Counted from the stretch's first letter, positions 11,107 through 21,172 are shown. The stretch is DNA of 64,000 nt from Paracoccaceae bacterium (GCA_029248915.1 JAQWIK010000109.1:10563-74562); one strand, 5' to 3'. A program made the numbers and translations. Notes: generated by a model from the letters alone, not told the origin.

Positions 11107-11637
11107 ATGTCATCAATCAAGGATCTAATAAGAACAATACCCAATTTTCCAATTGAAGGTATAATGTTCAGGGATGTCACAACTTTGTTTGATAACGCTA
11201 AAGGCTTTAAGGAATGTATAGATAAACTTGCAGAGCCGTACAAAGGAACCAAAATCGATAAAGTTATAGGTCTAGAAGCAAGGGGATTTATAATAGGTGG
11301 AGCAATTGCGAAAGAATTGGAATGTGGCTTCATACCTATACGAAAAGTAGGAAAACTTCCAAGTAAAACAATAACTCAAGATTATGAGCTAGAATATGGA
11401 AAAGCCACATTAGAGATACATGAGGATGCATTATCAGCGGGACATAAAGTACTTATAGTAGACGACCTTCTTGCAACTGGCGGCACAGCGGAAGCTGGCA
11501 TAGCTTTAGTAGAAAAACTAGGTGGAGAAATTTTAGGCTGTTCTTTTATCGTTAATTTACCAGACTTGGGTGGTAGCAAAAAATTGGAAAAAATGGGAGT
11601 TTCTACTCATATTTTGTGCGAATTCGAAGGACTATAG
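11107..11637 (+). CDS. apt: Adenine phosphoribosyltransferase
   Basis: 176 aa. [17 protein letters not shown] and PRPP-binding [13 protein letters not shown]. Confidence 0.93.
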   Translation: MSSIKDLIRTIPNFPIEGIMFRDVTTLFDNAKGFKECIDKLAEPYKGTKIDKVIGLEARGFIIGGAIAKELECGFIPIRKVGKLPSKTITQDYELEYGKATLEIHEDALSAGHKVLIVDDLLATGGTAEAGIALVEKLGGEILGCSFIVNLPDLGGSKKLEKMGVSTHILCEFEGL

Positions 11638-11788
11638 CTCGGGAACTTTAGTCCATAAAAAAATTGCCCTCTACAGAAAACAAACTCCCTCAATCAAATA
11701 CTTAAAACAAATTTTTTGACTCCAGTTTTTATCAAAAACTGAGTTTTGATCTTGAAAATTTCAGATATTAACTGCATTGCTGATAGCC

Positions 11789-12367
11789 ATGGCGAAGTTA
11801 TATTTTCAATATTCAACTATGAATGCTGGTAAGTCTACACTATTGCTTCAGGCATCCCACAACTACCATGAGAGAGGGATGAAGACTTATCTCATTACAG
11901 CGGGCTTTGACAAAAGAGTTGGCGACGGGAAAATAGGATCAAGAATAGGCATTGCATCCGATGCTGATACTTTTGACCACAAAGAAAATATGTTTCAAAA
12001 AATTGAGTCTAGATTAAGAAAAGGACCGTGTTCCTGTGTATTTATAGACGAGGCTCAATTTTTATCTGAGGAACAGGTTTGGGAACTAGCTCGCGTGGTT
12101 GATGATTTAAAAGTGCCAGTAATGTGCTATGGACTGAGAGTAGACTTTCAAGGTAAATTATTTCCCGGATCCGCCGCGCTGTTAGCTCTGGCAGACGAAA
12201 TGCGCGAAATTAGGACCATTTGCCATTGTGGCAAAAAAGCTACTATGGTGATCCGCCAAGATGAAAACGGTGATGCCATTAAAGATGGGGCTCAGATACA
12301 AATAGGAGGGAATGAAACATATATATCTTTATGTCGACGTCACTGGCGTGAAGCTATTGGCGAATGA
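11789..12367 (+). CDS. tdk: Thymidine kinase
   Basis: The ORF track starts at TTG 11777. I prefer ATG 11789 (MAKLYFQYSTMNAGKST, the usual Tdk N-terminus with P-loop). DEAQF and the zinc-ribbon cysteines C-H-C-G ... C-R-x-H are present. Confidence 0.9.
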   Translation: MAKLYFQYSTMNAGKSTLLLQASHNYHERGMKTYLITAGFDKRVGDGKIGSRIGIASDADTFDHKENMFQKIESRLRKGPCSCVFIDEAQFLSEEQVWELARVVDDLKVPVMCYGLRVDFQGKLFPGSAALLALADEMREIRTICHCGKKATMVIRQDENGDAIKDGAQIQIGGNETYISLCRRHWREAIGE

Positions 12368-12374
12368 AAAAATT

Positions 12375-12713
12375 TTAACATAAAGACGATCCATTAGGTG
12401 TCGGTTTATCTGGTACAGCTAAGATTACTGATCCATCAGAGTCCATAAAACCAAGTATTAAAACTTCAGACATAAAAGGCCCTATTTGTCGTGGTGGGAA
12501 ATTAACAATGCCCATTACCTGCTTTCCCACTAAAATATTGTAATCATAATGTTCTGTGATCTGCGCTGATGATTTTTTTTCTCCAACTTCCGAACCAAAA
12601 TCGACCCAAAGTTTAGTCGCGGGCTTACGTGCTTCAGGAAATTCTTCTGCACGAATAACTGTACCAACACGGATATCGACAGCAAGAAAATGCTCTAAAT
12701 TAATTTCAGCCAT
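12375..12713 (-). CDS. tRNA-binding domain protein (CsaA/YgjH-like)
   Basis: I chose ATG 12713 (MAEINLEHFLAVDIRVGTV...), which overlaps the proC stop by 8 nt. LDIRVG-type OB-fold start and the VNFPPRQIG block are typical of EMAP/CsaA tRNA-binding proteins. Confidence 0.7.
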   Translation of the reverse strand: MAEINLEHFLAVDIRVGTVIRAEEFPEARKPATKLWVDFGSEVGEKKSSAQITEHYDYNILVGKQVMGIVNFPPRQIGPFMSEVLILGFMDSDGSVILAVPDKPTPNGSSLC

Positions 12714-13521
12714 TACCGAGTTCTTTCGATCTTTTTGCAGCAGCTTCAACAGTATTTTTAATCAAAGGACCCAAACCACATTTCTGGTCCATAAGAATTT
12801 CTAGACCGGCCTGCGTAGTTCCATTCGGACTAGTCACATTTTCTCTAAGTGCACTCGGGCTCTCTTTAGAACTCATTGCCAAAGCTCCAGAGCCAGCTAC
12901 AGTTGCTTTTGCCAAATGTAATGCTTTATCTTTAGTGAGGCCCAACTCAATTCCAGCGTTTGTTAGGGCCTCGATTAAATAAAAAACATATGCAGGTCCT
13001 GAGCCCGAGAGCCCAGTTACTATATCCATCTGATCTTCATGCTCGAGCTCAACTACCTCACTGATTTTTTCCAGTAAAATTTTAGAAATTATCATATGCT
13101 CATTTTTTGCAACAGAATTACCGATGAGGGCGGTGATTCCTTTACCAATTGCTGATGGGGTATTTGGCATAGCCCTTACGATTGTACTAGCCGGGGAAAT
13201 TGCTTGCTCTAATTGTTTGAGTGTAATTCCAGCAGCGATTGATATAAACAATGTATCGCTCTCTTTATAGTATTTTAAGTTCGAAACAGCCTCAAAAATA
13301 ATTTGCGGTTTCACGGCAATCAAACAAACGGCAGGATTCTCAGGTAGACTTTTATTTATATTCACTCCAGTTGTGGCTAGCCAAGAATTAGGTTGGGGGT
13401 CTGATATCCAGATACTGGATGCTGGTATTCCAGTGTCCAGCCAACCCGCAAGCATTGCAGAACCCATTTTACCACAACCGATGAGGATAAGGCCTCGCGC
13501 CTTAATATCATCTAAATTCAT
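12706..13521 (-). CDS. proC: Pyrroline-5-carboxylate reductase
   Basis: 271 aa. Rossmann LILIGCGKMGSAM, VRAMPNTP and SPNGTT signature. Confidence 0.9.
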   Translation of the reverse strand: MNLDDIKARGLILIGCGKMGSAMLAGWLDTGIPASSIWISDPQPNSWLATTGVNINKSLPENPAVCLIAVKPQIIFEAVSNLKYYKESDTLFISIAAGITLKQLEQAISPASTIVRAMPNTPSAIGKGITALIGNSVAKNEHMIISKILLEKISEVVELEHEDQMDIVTGLSGSGPAYVFYLIEALTNAGIELGLTKDKALHLAKATVAGSGALAMSSKESPSALRENVTSPNGTTQAGLEILMDQKCGLGPLIKNTVEAAAKRSKELGNG

Positions 13522-13554
13522 TTTTAGCTCGCTGTTATTACTTATGACCCGATC

Positions 13555-14097
13555 TTAAGCGTGACCATACGCCTCTGCAATGGCTACTTGCATTGCGCTA
13601 GCTGGGCTTTGATCATCATATATTACTAACTGAAAAGCAGGATAATACTTTTCAGCAGTAAGAACGGCAGATGAAATCATGGTATCAATTTGGTCAGCGG
13701 ATGCGATTTGGCCACCGGCAAGAACAAGACCGTAGCGATAGACCATCAGTTTCTGTTCTTCCCAAAAAGTGAACGCCCCGGTCCAACACCTATCATTTGC
13801 AACGTTTAATGTTTCATAAAGATCTTTAAATTTCTCTGCAGGCGGTTCCATTTCAAATGAGCAAATAAGACGTAAAGTTTCGTCATACCCAGACCAAGCC
13901 AATGTAATTGAATACGTTCTCCACTGCCCTTGAACAGCCATGGCAATCTGATCCTCTTCTATTCGATCAAATTCCCATTCATGATGTTCTGCGAGATGTT
14001 CCACAATATCGATAGGATGTATTTCATCATCTAAAAACATTTCAGTTTGTGCCATAGCGCCACCTCTTTTTGTTGTGTTGCTTGCGGGCTGACTCAT
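13555..14097 (-). CDS. YbjN domain-containing protein
   Basis: 180 aa, acidic and soluble. The arrangement directly upstream of proC is the usual alphaproteobacterial context for YbjN-domain proteins. The start may instead be the internal MAQTEM. Confidence 0.6.
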   Translation of the reverse strand: MSQPASNTTKRGGAMAQTEMFLDDEIHPIDIVEHLAEHHEWEFDRIEEDQIAMAVQGQWRTYSITLAWSGYDETLRLICSFEMEPPAEKFKDLYETLNVANDRCWTGAFTFWEEQKLMVYRYGLVLAGGQIASADQIDTMISSAVLTAEKYYPAFQLVIYDDQSPASAMQVAIAEAYGHA

Positions 14098-14207
14098 TCC
14101 TCAAGCAATTGGTGCCTGCTCAAAGTACTGTGTGTTACACAACTCTGTACACAACATATGGTGCTTTGCTTTACTCACACTGTAAAGAGAAATTTTAAAA
14201 AAAATGG

Positions 14208-14246
14208 AAAAAAATTCGAAAGACAAACTTTTCTATGTCTTTCGAA
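14208..14246 (-). terminator. Rho-independent terminator downstream of ubiK
   Basis: Perfect 11-bp stem TTCGAAAGACA / TGTCTTTCGAA (14215-14225 / 14236-14246) with a 10-nt loop. On the minus strand it is followed by T7 (A-run 14208-14214). Confidence 0.75.
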
Positions 14247-14279
14247 TTTTATAATGTGCTGGATAGGAAAAATAAAAAT

Positions 14280-14528
14280 CTATTTTTTCTTTTTCTTTTC
14301 GATGTTATCTAAACGTGCTCTTAAATCTTCATTCTCTTCTCGCGCTTTTTGAGCCATCGCTTTTACAGCATCAAATTCTTCACGTGTGACAAAATCATGA
14401 TCTGCCAACCATCTATCTATAACTGACTTTACTGCAGTTTCCGCTTCTTCGCGTGCTCCTTGAGCCACCCCCATTGCATTTGTCATTAGTTGCGAAACAT
14501 CATCCAAAATTTTATTACGTGACTGCAT
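14280..14528 (-). CDS. ubiK: UbiK/YqiC (BMFP) family accessory protein
   Basis: 82 aa coiled-coil protein. The VTREEFDAVKAMAQKAREENEDLRARL block is typical of the family, and it ends in a lysine run. Confidence 0.7.
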   Translation of the reverse strand: MQSRNKILDDVSQLMTNAMGVAQGAREEAETAVKSVIDRWLADHDFVTREEFDAVKAMAQKAREENEDLRARLDNIEKKKKK

Positions 14529-14633
14529 AAATATCTCCCTTTGAGGTTTATTTAATTATATGGGGTAAATTGCGATTTATCTCAAGGTTGACTTTTAATA
14601 TCATCTCGCGGCACGAAGAGTTAGGAGAAAATA

Positions 14634-15521
14634 ATGATCCCATTTCCAGAAGGCATAAGTCCAGATATTTTCACTATCTCTTTAGGTAGTTTCAGGTTCA
14701 CACTTTATTGGTACGCATTAGCCTATGTTGTTGGAATTTTAGCTTGGTGGCGAATAGCAGCAATAGCCTTGGGAAAAAATGCTTTTTGGCCTGACAATAT
14801 ACCGCCCATGCAAGTAGCCAAACTCGAAGACCTAGTAACTTACTTAGTTTTGGGAATAATTATAGGCGGCAGACTTGGTTATGTGATATTTTATAAGCCA
14901 GCCTATTTTTTAAATAATCCCATTGAAATAATGTTTGTTTGGCAAGGTGGCATGTCTTTTCATGGTGGCCTATTTGGTGTTGCAGTAGCTGGTTTTTTAT
15001 TTTTCCAACGAAATTCTATAGCTATAAGGTCAGGAGCCGATCTTTTAGCTTTAGGTTCGCCTGTAGGTTTATTTTTGGGCCGGATAGCTAATTTTGTTAA
15101 TGATGAGCTGTGGGGACGAACAACAGATGTCCCGTGGGGATTTATAGTAACAAGCCCAGAAGCTTCTAGAGTCTGTGAAGAATTAATAAAACCATGTGTC
15201 AGACATCCCTCACAAATTTACGAAGCTATTTTAGAAGGTTTGATCCTTTTTTTAATAATGCTCTACCTTGCTTTTAGAAAAAAAGCGTTGCAGTTTCCAG
15301 GTCGTCTCGCTGGTGTGTTTTTTATTGGCTATGGATCAGCACGTTGTTTTGTTGAACTTTTTCGTCAGCCAGACGCCCAGTTCCAAAGCCTAAATAATCC
15401 TTTAGGCTTTTTTATACAAATGGGAGAATTTGGTTTGACTATGGGACAAATCCTTTCGATACCAATGATAATTATTGGATTTATTTTGTATTTCACATCC
15501 GGGCGCCGTAAAGCAGTATGA
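14634..15521 (+). CDS. lgt: Prolipoprotein diacylglyceryl transferase
   Basis: 295 aa. GGRLGYV, GGMSFHGGL and GRIANFVNDELWGR signature blocks. Confidence 0.92.
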   Translation: MIPFPEGISPDIFTISLGSFRFTLYWYALAYVVGILAWWRIAAIALGKNAFWPDNIPPMQVAKLEDLVTYLVLGIIIGGRLGYVIFYKPAYFLNNPIEIMFVWQGGMSFHGGLFGVAVAGFLFFQRNSIAIRSGADLLALGSPVGLFLGRIANFVNDELWGRTTDVPWGFIVTSPEASRVCEELIKPCVRHPSQIYEAILEGLILFLIMLYLAFRKKALQFPGRLAGVFFIGYGSARCFVELFRQPDAQFQSLNNPLGFFIQMGEFGLTMGQILSIPMIIIGFILYFTSGRRKAV

Positions 15522-16582
15522 CAAATTTGCAATCCATATTGATTGACAAAATTAGTACTAAAGGCCCTATGCCTTTGTCAGACTATATTCACCTATGTTT
15601 ATTTCACCCCATTTACGGTTATTATGTAAAAGGGCCAGTTTTTGGTCTTGACGGCGATTTTACAACTGCTCCTGAAATTTCACAAATGTTTGGCGAATTA
15701 TTGGCTATCTCAATATTACAAGCATGGATAGATCAGGGTTCTCCTTCTAAAATAATACTTGCTGAACTGGGTCCTGGAAAAGGAACAATGATGGCCGATA
15801 TATTGAGGACACTAAAAATTCATCCTGAGTTTCTCAAAGCAACAGAAATTCATTTGATAGAGGCATCGTCAAATTTAAGAAGTGTGCAAGAAAAAACTTT
15901 ATCAGAATTCGACATATCTTGGCACAAGGAATTTCCTGATTTTGAAGAAAAGCATTTATTTTTAATTGCTAACGAATTTTTTGATGCTCTTCCCGTTGAA
16001 CAGTTTTTACGAAAAGGAAATAAGTTTTTCAAAAGAACCATTCAGTTATTAAATGACAACCTTGCCTATGGATTGGAAAAAAAGCCTACGATCAATGAAA
16101 TTTTGAAAAATAGGCTCACTGATACATCTGATGGAGATATTGTTGAGTTAAATACCGCAGCAGCTCAAATTTCTAAGAATATTGGTGATCATATTAGTAA
16201 TTTTGGCGGTTTAGCCATTTTGATAGATTACGGTGACTGGCGTTCTCTGGGTGATACTCTACAGGCAATAAAAAGTCATGAGTATTGTGATATTTTCGTT
16301 GCGCCTGGCGAAGTAGATATCACAGCGCACGTAGATTTTGAAATTCTCGCCAGTAATTCTGGATGCGCATTTAGTAAATTGACTACACAAGGAGTTCTGC
16401 TCGAAAGATTAGGTATAACTGAAAGAGCAAAAAATTTAGCAAAAAATTTAAGTGGAAAAGATTTGGAAAGTCACATCGCAGCACATAGACGCCTAACCCA
16501 CCCAAACGAGATGGGTAGTTTATTTAAAGCTTTATCATTATTTCCAAAACAGGCACCTTGCCCACCAGGTTTTCAAAAATGA
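15518..16582 (+). CDS. Class I SAM-dependent methyltransferase, NDUFAF7/DUF185 family
   Basis: 354 aa. DFTTAPEISQMFGEL and ELGPGKGTMMADIL blocks are characteristic of the family. ATGA overlap with lgt. Confidence 0.75.
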   Translation: MTNLQSILIDKISTKGPMPLSDYIHLCLFHPIYGYYVKGPVFGLDGDFTTAPEISQMFGELLAISILQAWIDQGSPSKIILAELGPGKGTMMADILRTLKIHPEFLKATEIHLIEASSNLRSVQEKTLSEFDISWHKEFPDFEEKHLFLIANEFFDALPVEQFLRKGNKFFKRTIQLLNDNLAYGLEKKPTINEILKNRLTDTSDGDIVELNTAAAQISKNIGDHISNFGGLAILIDYGDWRSLGDTLQAIKSHEYCDIFVAPGEVDITAHVDFEILASNSGCAFSKLTTQGVLLERLGITERAKNLAKNLSGKDLESHIAAHRRLTHPNEMGSLFKALSLFPKQAPCPPGFQK

Positions 16583-17337
16583 CACTTGCGAAAATTCAAT
16601 CCTCACTCATTAAGAATTTCAAGCATGGGTTTTTTACCCGAAATGGAGGCGACTCTAGCGGGATATACAAAGGCTTAAATTGTGGAATGGGTTCTGGTGA
16701 CGAGAAAAAAACTGTGCTGAGCAATCGCAATCGTGTCGCTTTACATATGGGAACATGTTTAGAAAATATTGTAAGCGTTCATCAAATTCATTCTATTGAA
16801 ACAATTATATGTAATAAAAAGTTTGAAGCCTTACCAAAAGCGGATGCTCTCGTAACAAACACACCAGGCCTTTTACTTTCAGTTTTAACTGCTGATTGCC
16901 AGCCAGTGATTTTTGCAGATAAAAAAAATAGTGTTATCGGAATTGCGCATGCTGGTTGGCGCGGAGCGCTCAATGGGGTTTTAACTTCCACCATAAATAA
17001 AATGGAAGTCTTGGGCGCAGAAAGAAAGCAAATTTCCGCCGTAATTGGTCCATGTATCAGCCAAGCTGCCTATGAAGTAGATTTGGATTTTTTTGAAAAA
17101 TTTACTAACCCAAATAAAAAAAATAGAAGCTTTTTTTACTATAACTCTGATACTAAAAAGTATCATTTTGACTTACCTAATTTCAGCTTAAAACTCCTAA
17201 AAGAAGCAAATATTTTATCCGCCGAATGGACTGGCCACTGCACCTACAACGACCCAAAAAGATTTTTTTCGTACAGGAGAAGTTGTCACAAAAATGAGCC
17301 AGACTATGGAAGGCTTATATCCACTATTATGCTTTAG
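16579..17337 (+). CDS. pgeF: Peptidoglycan editing factor PgeF (YfiH / laccase-domain protein)
   Basis: I chose ATG 16579 (ATGA overlap with the upstream stop) rather than the track start 16558. TADCQPV and HAGWRG motifs are present. Confidence 0.85.
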   Translation: MTLAKIQSSLIKNFKHGFFTRNGGDSSGIYKGLNCGMGSGDEKKTVLSNRNRVALHMGTCLENIVSVHQIHSIETIICNKKFEALPKADALVTNTPGLLLSVLTADCQPVIFADKKNSVIGIAHAGWRGALNGVLTSTINKMEVLGAERKQISAVIGPCISQAAYEVDLDFFEKFTNPNKKNRSFFYYNSDTKKYHFDLPNFSLKLLKEANILSAEWTGHCTYNDPKRFFSYRRSCHKNEPDYGRLISTIML

Positions 17338-17834
17338 GGGCGCTGACTTAGTCTATCCTCTAAAACGTCAAAAGGAACCCCAGGTTCGTCTTTTTCAGCA
17401 CGTATAACAAGTGATGTTTTAACAGACCCAACATTAGGCGTGGTGAGTAGCTGTCCAGTCAAGAAACTTTGAAAACTACTAAGATCAGGAGCTACACATT
17501 TAAGCATAAAGTCAACTTCCCCATTTAGCATGTGACATTCTCTAACAAGAGGCCAGCCCTGGCATAAATCTTCAAATTGCCTCAAATCAACTTCAGCTTG
17601 GGACTGTAGTCCAACCATCGCGAATACCTGAACTTCAAAACCAAGCGCACGGCTGTCAACATCTGCGTGATAACCTTTTATAAAACCTTGCTCCTCAAGA
17701 GCCCTAACTCGACGAAGGCAGGGAGGTGCAGAAATTCCAACACGTCTTGCTAATTCAACGTTCGTCATTTTCCCGTCAGCTTGGAGTTCTGCTAAAATTA
17801 GCCGATCTATTGAATCTAGTCGTGTTAAAGGCAT
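17334..17834 (-). CDS. Lrp/AsnC family transcriptional regulator
   Basis: 166 aa. LDSIDRLILAELQADGKMTNVELARRVGIS helix-turn-helix plus a RAM domain. Divergent from trxB. Confidence 0.9.
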   Translation of the reverse strand: MPLTRLDSIDRLILAELQADGKMTNVELARRVGISAPPCLRRVRALEEQGFIKGYHADVDSRALGFEVQVFAMVGLQSQAEVDLRQFEDLCQGWPLVRECHMLNGEVDFMLKCVAPDLSSFQSFLTGQLLTTPNVGSVKTSLVIRAEKDEPGVPFDVLEDRLSQRP

Positions 17835-17999
17835 AACTATGTTCCATTTTTTTGAATATTATAAATCATTCACCCATAATCGCAATATTATTCCAACATT
17901 GTGAAATAATATTTTACAAGGGATTATTTTATCTCAAGTGATTTTGGGGTTTTTAATCACCAAATCAACAGGTATATAAAACGCAAAGATGAGGAAGAA

Positions 18000-18941
18000 A
18001 TGTCTCAGTACCAACACACCAAAGTGCTTATTATAGGAAGTGGCCCTGCCGGATATACGGCTGGCGTTTATGCCAGTCGCGCAATGCTGTCACCAATACT
18101 CATTCAAGGCATTGAGCCAGGAGGCCAATTAACAACAACAACAGAAGTTGAAAATTGGCCAGGAGATACTGAAGTTCAGGGTCCTGATCTAATGGTAAGA
18201 ATGGAAGCCCATGCTAAGGCAATGGGATGTGAAATAATTGGAGACATAGTAACAAAATTAGAGGCCAATAGCAGACCATTTATTGCAACGTGTGATAGTG
18301 GAAAGAAATATACTGCTGACGCCATTATTCTTGCAACTGGTGCAAGAGCAAAATGGTTGGGGTTACCATCAGAAGAAAAATATAAAGGTTTTGGTGTATC
18401 CGCATGTGCGACTTGTGACGGCTTTTTCTATAGAGGACAGGAAATAGCGGTTATTGGCGGTGGAAATACTGCTGTAGAAGAAGCCCTTTTTCTCACAAAC
18501 TTTGCTTCAAAGGTAACCTTAGTCCACCGACGCGATGAGCTAAGAGCAGAAAAAATACTTCAAGATAGGTTATTTAAACACCCTAAAATTGAACCAATTT
18601 GGTTTCATGAGCTTAATGAAGTTATAGGAACAGATTCTCCTCTAGGGGTAGAGGCGATCCGTATAAAAAATACAAAGAATGGGAAACTATCTGAACTGCC
18701 TTGCAAAGGTGTTTTCGTTGCAATTGGACATGCCCCTGCTACCGAATTGGTAAAAAATATTTTAGAAACACATAAAGGTGGATATGTAAAAATTGATCCG
18801 GGAAGTACTAGAACATCAATACCAGGTATTTTTGCCGCTGGAGACTTAACTGATCATATTTATCGCCAAGCTGTAACAAGCGCAGGTATGGGCTGCATGG
18901 CTGCTCTAGATGCTGAAAAGTTTATTGCTGAAAATGAATAA
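18000..18941 (+). CDS. trxB: Thioredoxin-disulfide reductase
   Basis: 313 aa. [12 protein letters not shown] motif, redox centre [21 protein letters not shown] motif and GIFAAGD. Confidence 0.95.
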   Translation: MSQYQHTKVLIIGSGPAGYTAGVYASRAMLSPILIQGIEPGGQLTTTTEVENWPGDTEVQGPDLMVRMEAHAKAMGCEIIGDIVTKLEANSRPFIATCDSGKKYTADAIILATGARAKWLGLPSEEKYKGFGVSACATCDGFFYRGQEIAVIGGGNTAVEEALFLTNFASKVTLVHRRDELRAEKILQDRLFKHPKIEPIWFHELNEVIGTDSPLGVEAIRIKNTKNGKLSELPCKGVFVAIGHAPATELVKNILETHKGGYVKIDPGSTRTSIPGIFAAGDLTDHIYRQAVTSAGMGCMAALDAEKFIAENE

Positions 18942-18977
18942 AATTGCTTATGGGTAATTTTATTAACTAAAAATTGG

Positions 18978-20696
18978 ATGCACATAATGTTGGAAAACCA
19001 CAAGCCAATTAAAGAACTGTATTTAAGCTCTAAATTATCAGATACAGCAAAGAAAGAAGCTGCAAACTATGTGAGCTGGGATTTAACTCCCCGCCAGATA
19101 TGTGACTTAGAACTTATTATGAATGGAGGTTTTTCTCCGCTTAATGGTTTTTTAGATGAAGAAGATTATAACAGTGTTTTAGACAATATGAGGCTCAAAG
19201 ATGGATCACTGTGGCCAATACCTATCACATTAGATGTCTCTGAAGAATTTTCTAGCAACTTAAAAATTGGGGAAAACGTTGCGCTGAGAAATCTTGAGGG
19301 TGTTATTCTAGCGACAATTCGCGTGGACGCTAAATGGTTACCAGATAAATTTAAAGAAGCTAAAAAGGTCTTCCAAACAACAGATGAAACACACCCAGGT
19401 GTAAATTTTCTTCTTAATAATAGTGGTAAAATTTATTTAGGCGGCGAGGTAACCGGACTGGAAAGGCCTCAGCACTATGATTTTAAAAGTCGAAGGCAAA
19501 CACCAAATGAGTTAAGAAAATATTTCCATAAAATGGGTTGGCAAAAAATTGTTGCTTTCCAAACTAGAAATCCATTGCACCGTGCTCACCAAGAATTAAC
19601 TCTAGCAGCAGCGAGGGACGTTGAAGCAAACTTATTAATTCATCCTGTTGTTGGTATGACAAAACCGGGAGACGTTGACCATTTCACTCGTGTGAGATGT
19701 TACGAAGCAATACTGGATAAGTACCCAACATTTTCAACAACATTATCACTAGTCAATCTTGCAATGAGAATGGCCGGGCCACGGGAGGCTGTTTGGCATG
19801 GCCTAATTCGCAAAAATCATGGCTGTACACACTTCATCATTGGAAGAGACCATGCAGGTCCTGGAAAAGATATTGATGGAAATGACTTTTACGCTCCTTA
19901 TGACGCACAAATCTTGTTCAAAACATATTCTAAAGAAATCGGAATTGAAATGGTAAGCTTTAAAGAGCTAGTATATGTGCCTGAGTATGGAAAATTTAAG
20001 CCCATTGATGAGTTAAATATTGATATTAAGACCTTGAGTATCTCGGGAACAGAACTCAGGCGGCGTTTGTATGAAGGGATAGATGTCCCAGACTGGTTTT
20101 CATTTCCTGAAGTATTAAAAGAGCTTCGCAAAACACTGCCTCCATTATCAAAGCGTGGCTTTACTATATTTTTTACAGGGCTTTCTGGATCAGGTAAATC
20201 TACAATAGCTAATGCTGTTTTAACTAAATTAATGGAAATGGGTGGAAGACCAGTTACCTTACTTGACGGCGATATAGTTCGCAAAAACTTATCTTCTGAA
20301 CTTGGGTTTTCTAAGGAGCACCGAGATCTAAATATACTTCGAATTGGTTATGTAGCATCAGAGATTACAAAAAACGGCGGTATAGCTATTTGCGCTCCGA
20401 TTGCCCCCTATTCAAAGACAAGGCTTTCCGTCAGAAATGACATAACTCAGTACGGAAGTTTTGTTGAAATTCATGTAAAAACCTCGTTAAAGATCTGCGA
20501 AAAAAGAGATCGAAAAGGATTATATAAGCTTGCTCGTCAGGGGAAAATAAAAGCTTTTACTGGGATCTCTGATCCATATGAAATTCCAGAACAGCCTGAA
20601 TTACGCTTAGATACAGAAAACGCTTCTGTTGACCAATGTGCTCAAAAAATCATATTAAAACTTCAACGTATGGGACTGATTAAATTTTCCGTTTAA
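18978..20696 (+). CDS. Bifunctional sulfate adenylyltransferase (Sat type) / adenylylsulfate kinase
   Basis: 572 aa. ATP-sulfurylase motifs QTRNPLHRAH and GRDHAG in the N-terminal about 390 aa. The C-terminal APS-kinase has P-loop GLSGSGKST. Confidence 0.9.
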   Translation: MHIMLENHKPIKELYLSSKLSDTAKKEAANYVSWDLTPRQICDLELIMNGGFSPLNGFLDEEDYNSVLDNMRLKDGSLWPIPITLDVSEEFSSNLKIGENVALRNLEGVILATIRVDAKWLPDKFKEAKKVFQTTDETHPGVNFLLNNSGKIYLGGEVTGLERPQHYDFKSRRQTPNELRKYFHKMGWQKIVAFQTRNPLHRAHQELTLAAARDVEANLLIHPVVGMTKPGDVDHFTRVRCYEAILDKYPTFSTTLSLVNLAMRMAGPREAVWHGLIRKNHGCTHFIIGRDHAGPGKDIDGNDFYAPYDAQILFKTYSKEIGIEMVSFKELVYVPEYGKFKPIDELNIDIKTLSISGTELRRRLYEGIDVPDWFSFPEVLKELRKTLPPLSKRGFTIFFTGLSGSGKSTIANAVLTKLMEMGGRPVTLLDGDIVRKNLSSELGFSKEHRDLNILRIGYVASEITKNGGIAICAPIAPYSKTRLSVRNDITQYGSFVEIHVKTSLKICEKRDRKGLYKLARQGKIKAFTGISDPYEIPEQPELRLDTENASVDQCAQKIILKLQRMGLIKFSV

Positions 20697-20699
20697 AAT

Positions 20700-21116
20700 C
20701 TACTGTTGTGTTTTTATTTCAATCTTTTGTATAATATTCGTTGAAATATTCTGTACTAAATCAATTTGCAGTAACCCTATTTCCATAAATGCTTCACCCA
20801 CTTCGATTCCATCTGCGAGAACAAAAGATCGCTGAAATTGCCTTGTTGCTATTCCTCGATGGAGAAAAATTTTCGTGACTGTTTCTTGGTGTTTCTTGCC
20901 TTGTATAACGAGCTGGCGATTTTCCAAGGTAATAGACAGCTCTGCTTCTGAAAAACCAGCAACCGCTAAGCTTATACGAAATGATCGATCAGATGTCTGT
21001 TCTATGTTAAATGGTGGGTAACCTTCATTACTAGATTTTTCCGTTCTCTTTAATAACTTTTCTAACTGTTCAAATCCAAGCATATGCGGATATGCACCAA
21101 ATGATAATTTCGCCAT
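20700..21116 (-). CDS. ibpA: Hsp20/alpha-crystallin family small heat-shock protein
   Basis: 138 aa. YPPFNIEQTSDRSFRISLAVAGF and the alpha-crystallin core resemble IbpA. Confidence 0.88.
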   Translation of the reverse strand: MAKLSFGAYPHMLGFEQLEKLLKRTEKSSNEGYPPFNIEQTSDRSFRISLAVAGFSEAELSITLENRQLVIQGKKHQETVTKIFLHRGIATRQFQRSFVLADGIEVGEAFMEIGLLQIDLVQNISTNIIQKIEIKTQQ

Positions 21117-21172
21117 CGTTAAGCCCTTACTCTAAGCAACATTTTTTAGCTCCTTATCGGCAGCTTTTTTTA

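Noticed and set aside
11723-11741. Hairpin CAGTTTTT-atc-AAAAACTG between apt and tdk
   Set aside because: The stem is almost entirely A:T and there is no clear U-tract. It is too weak to call a terminator.
14047-14352. 101-aa plus-strand ORF spanning the ybjN/ubiK intergenic region
   Set aside because: It runs through the ubiK terminator hairpin and into antisense ubiK. It has a poly-Phe/Lys low-complexity tail and no ribosome-binding site.
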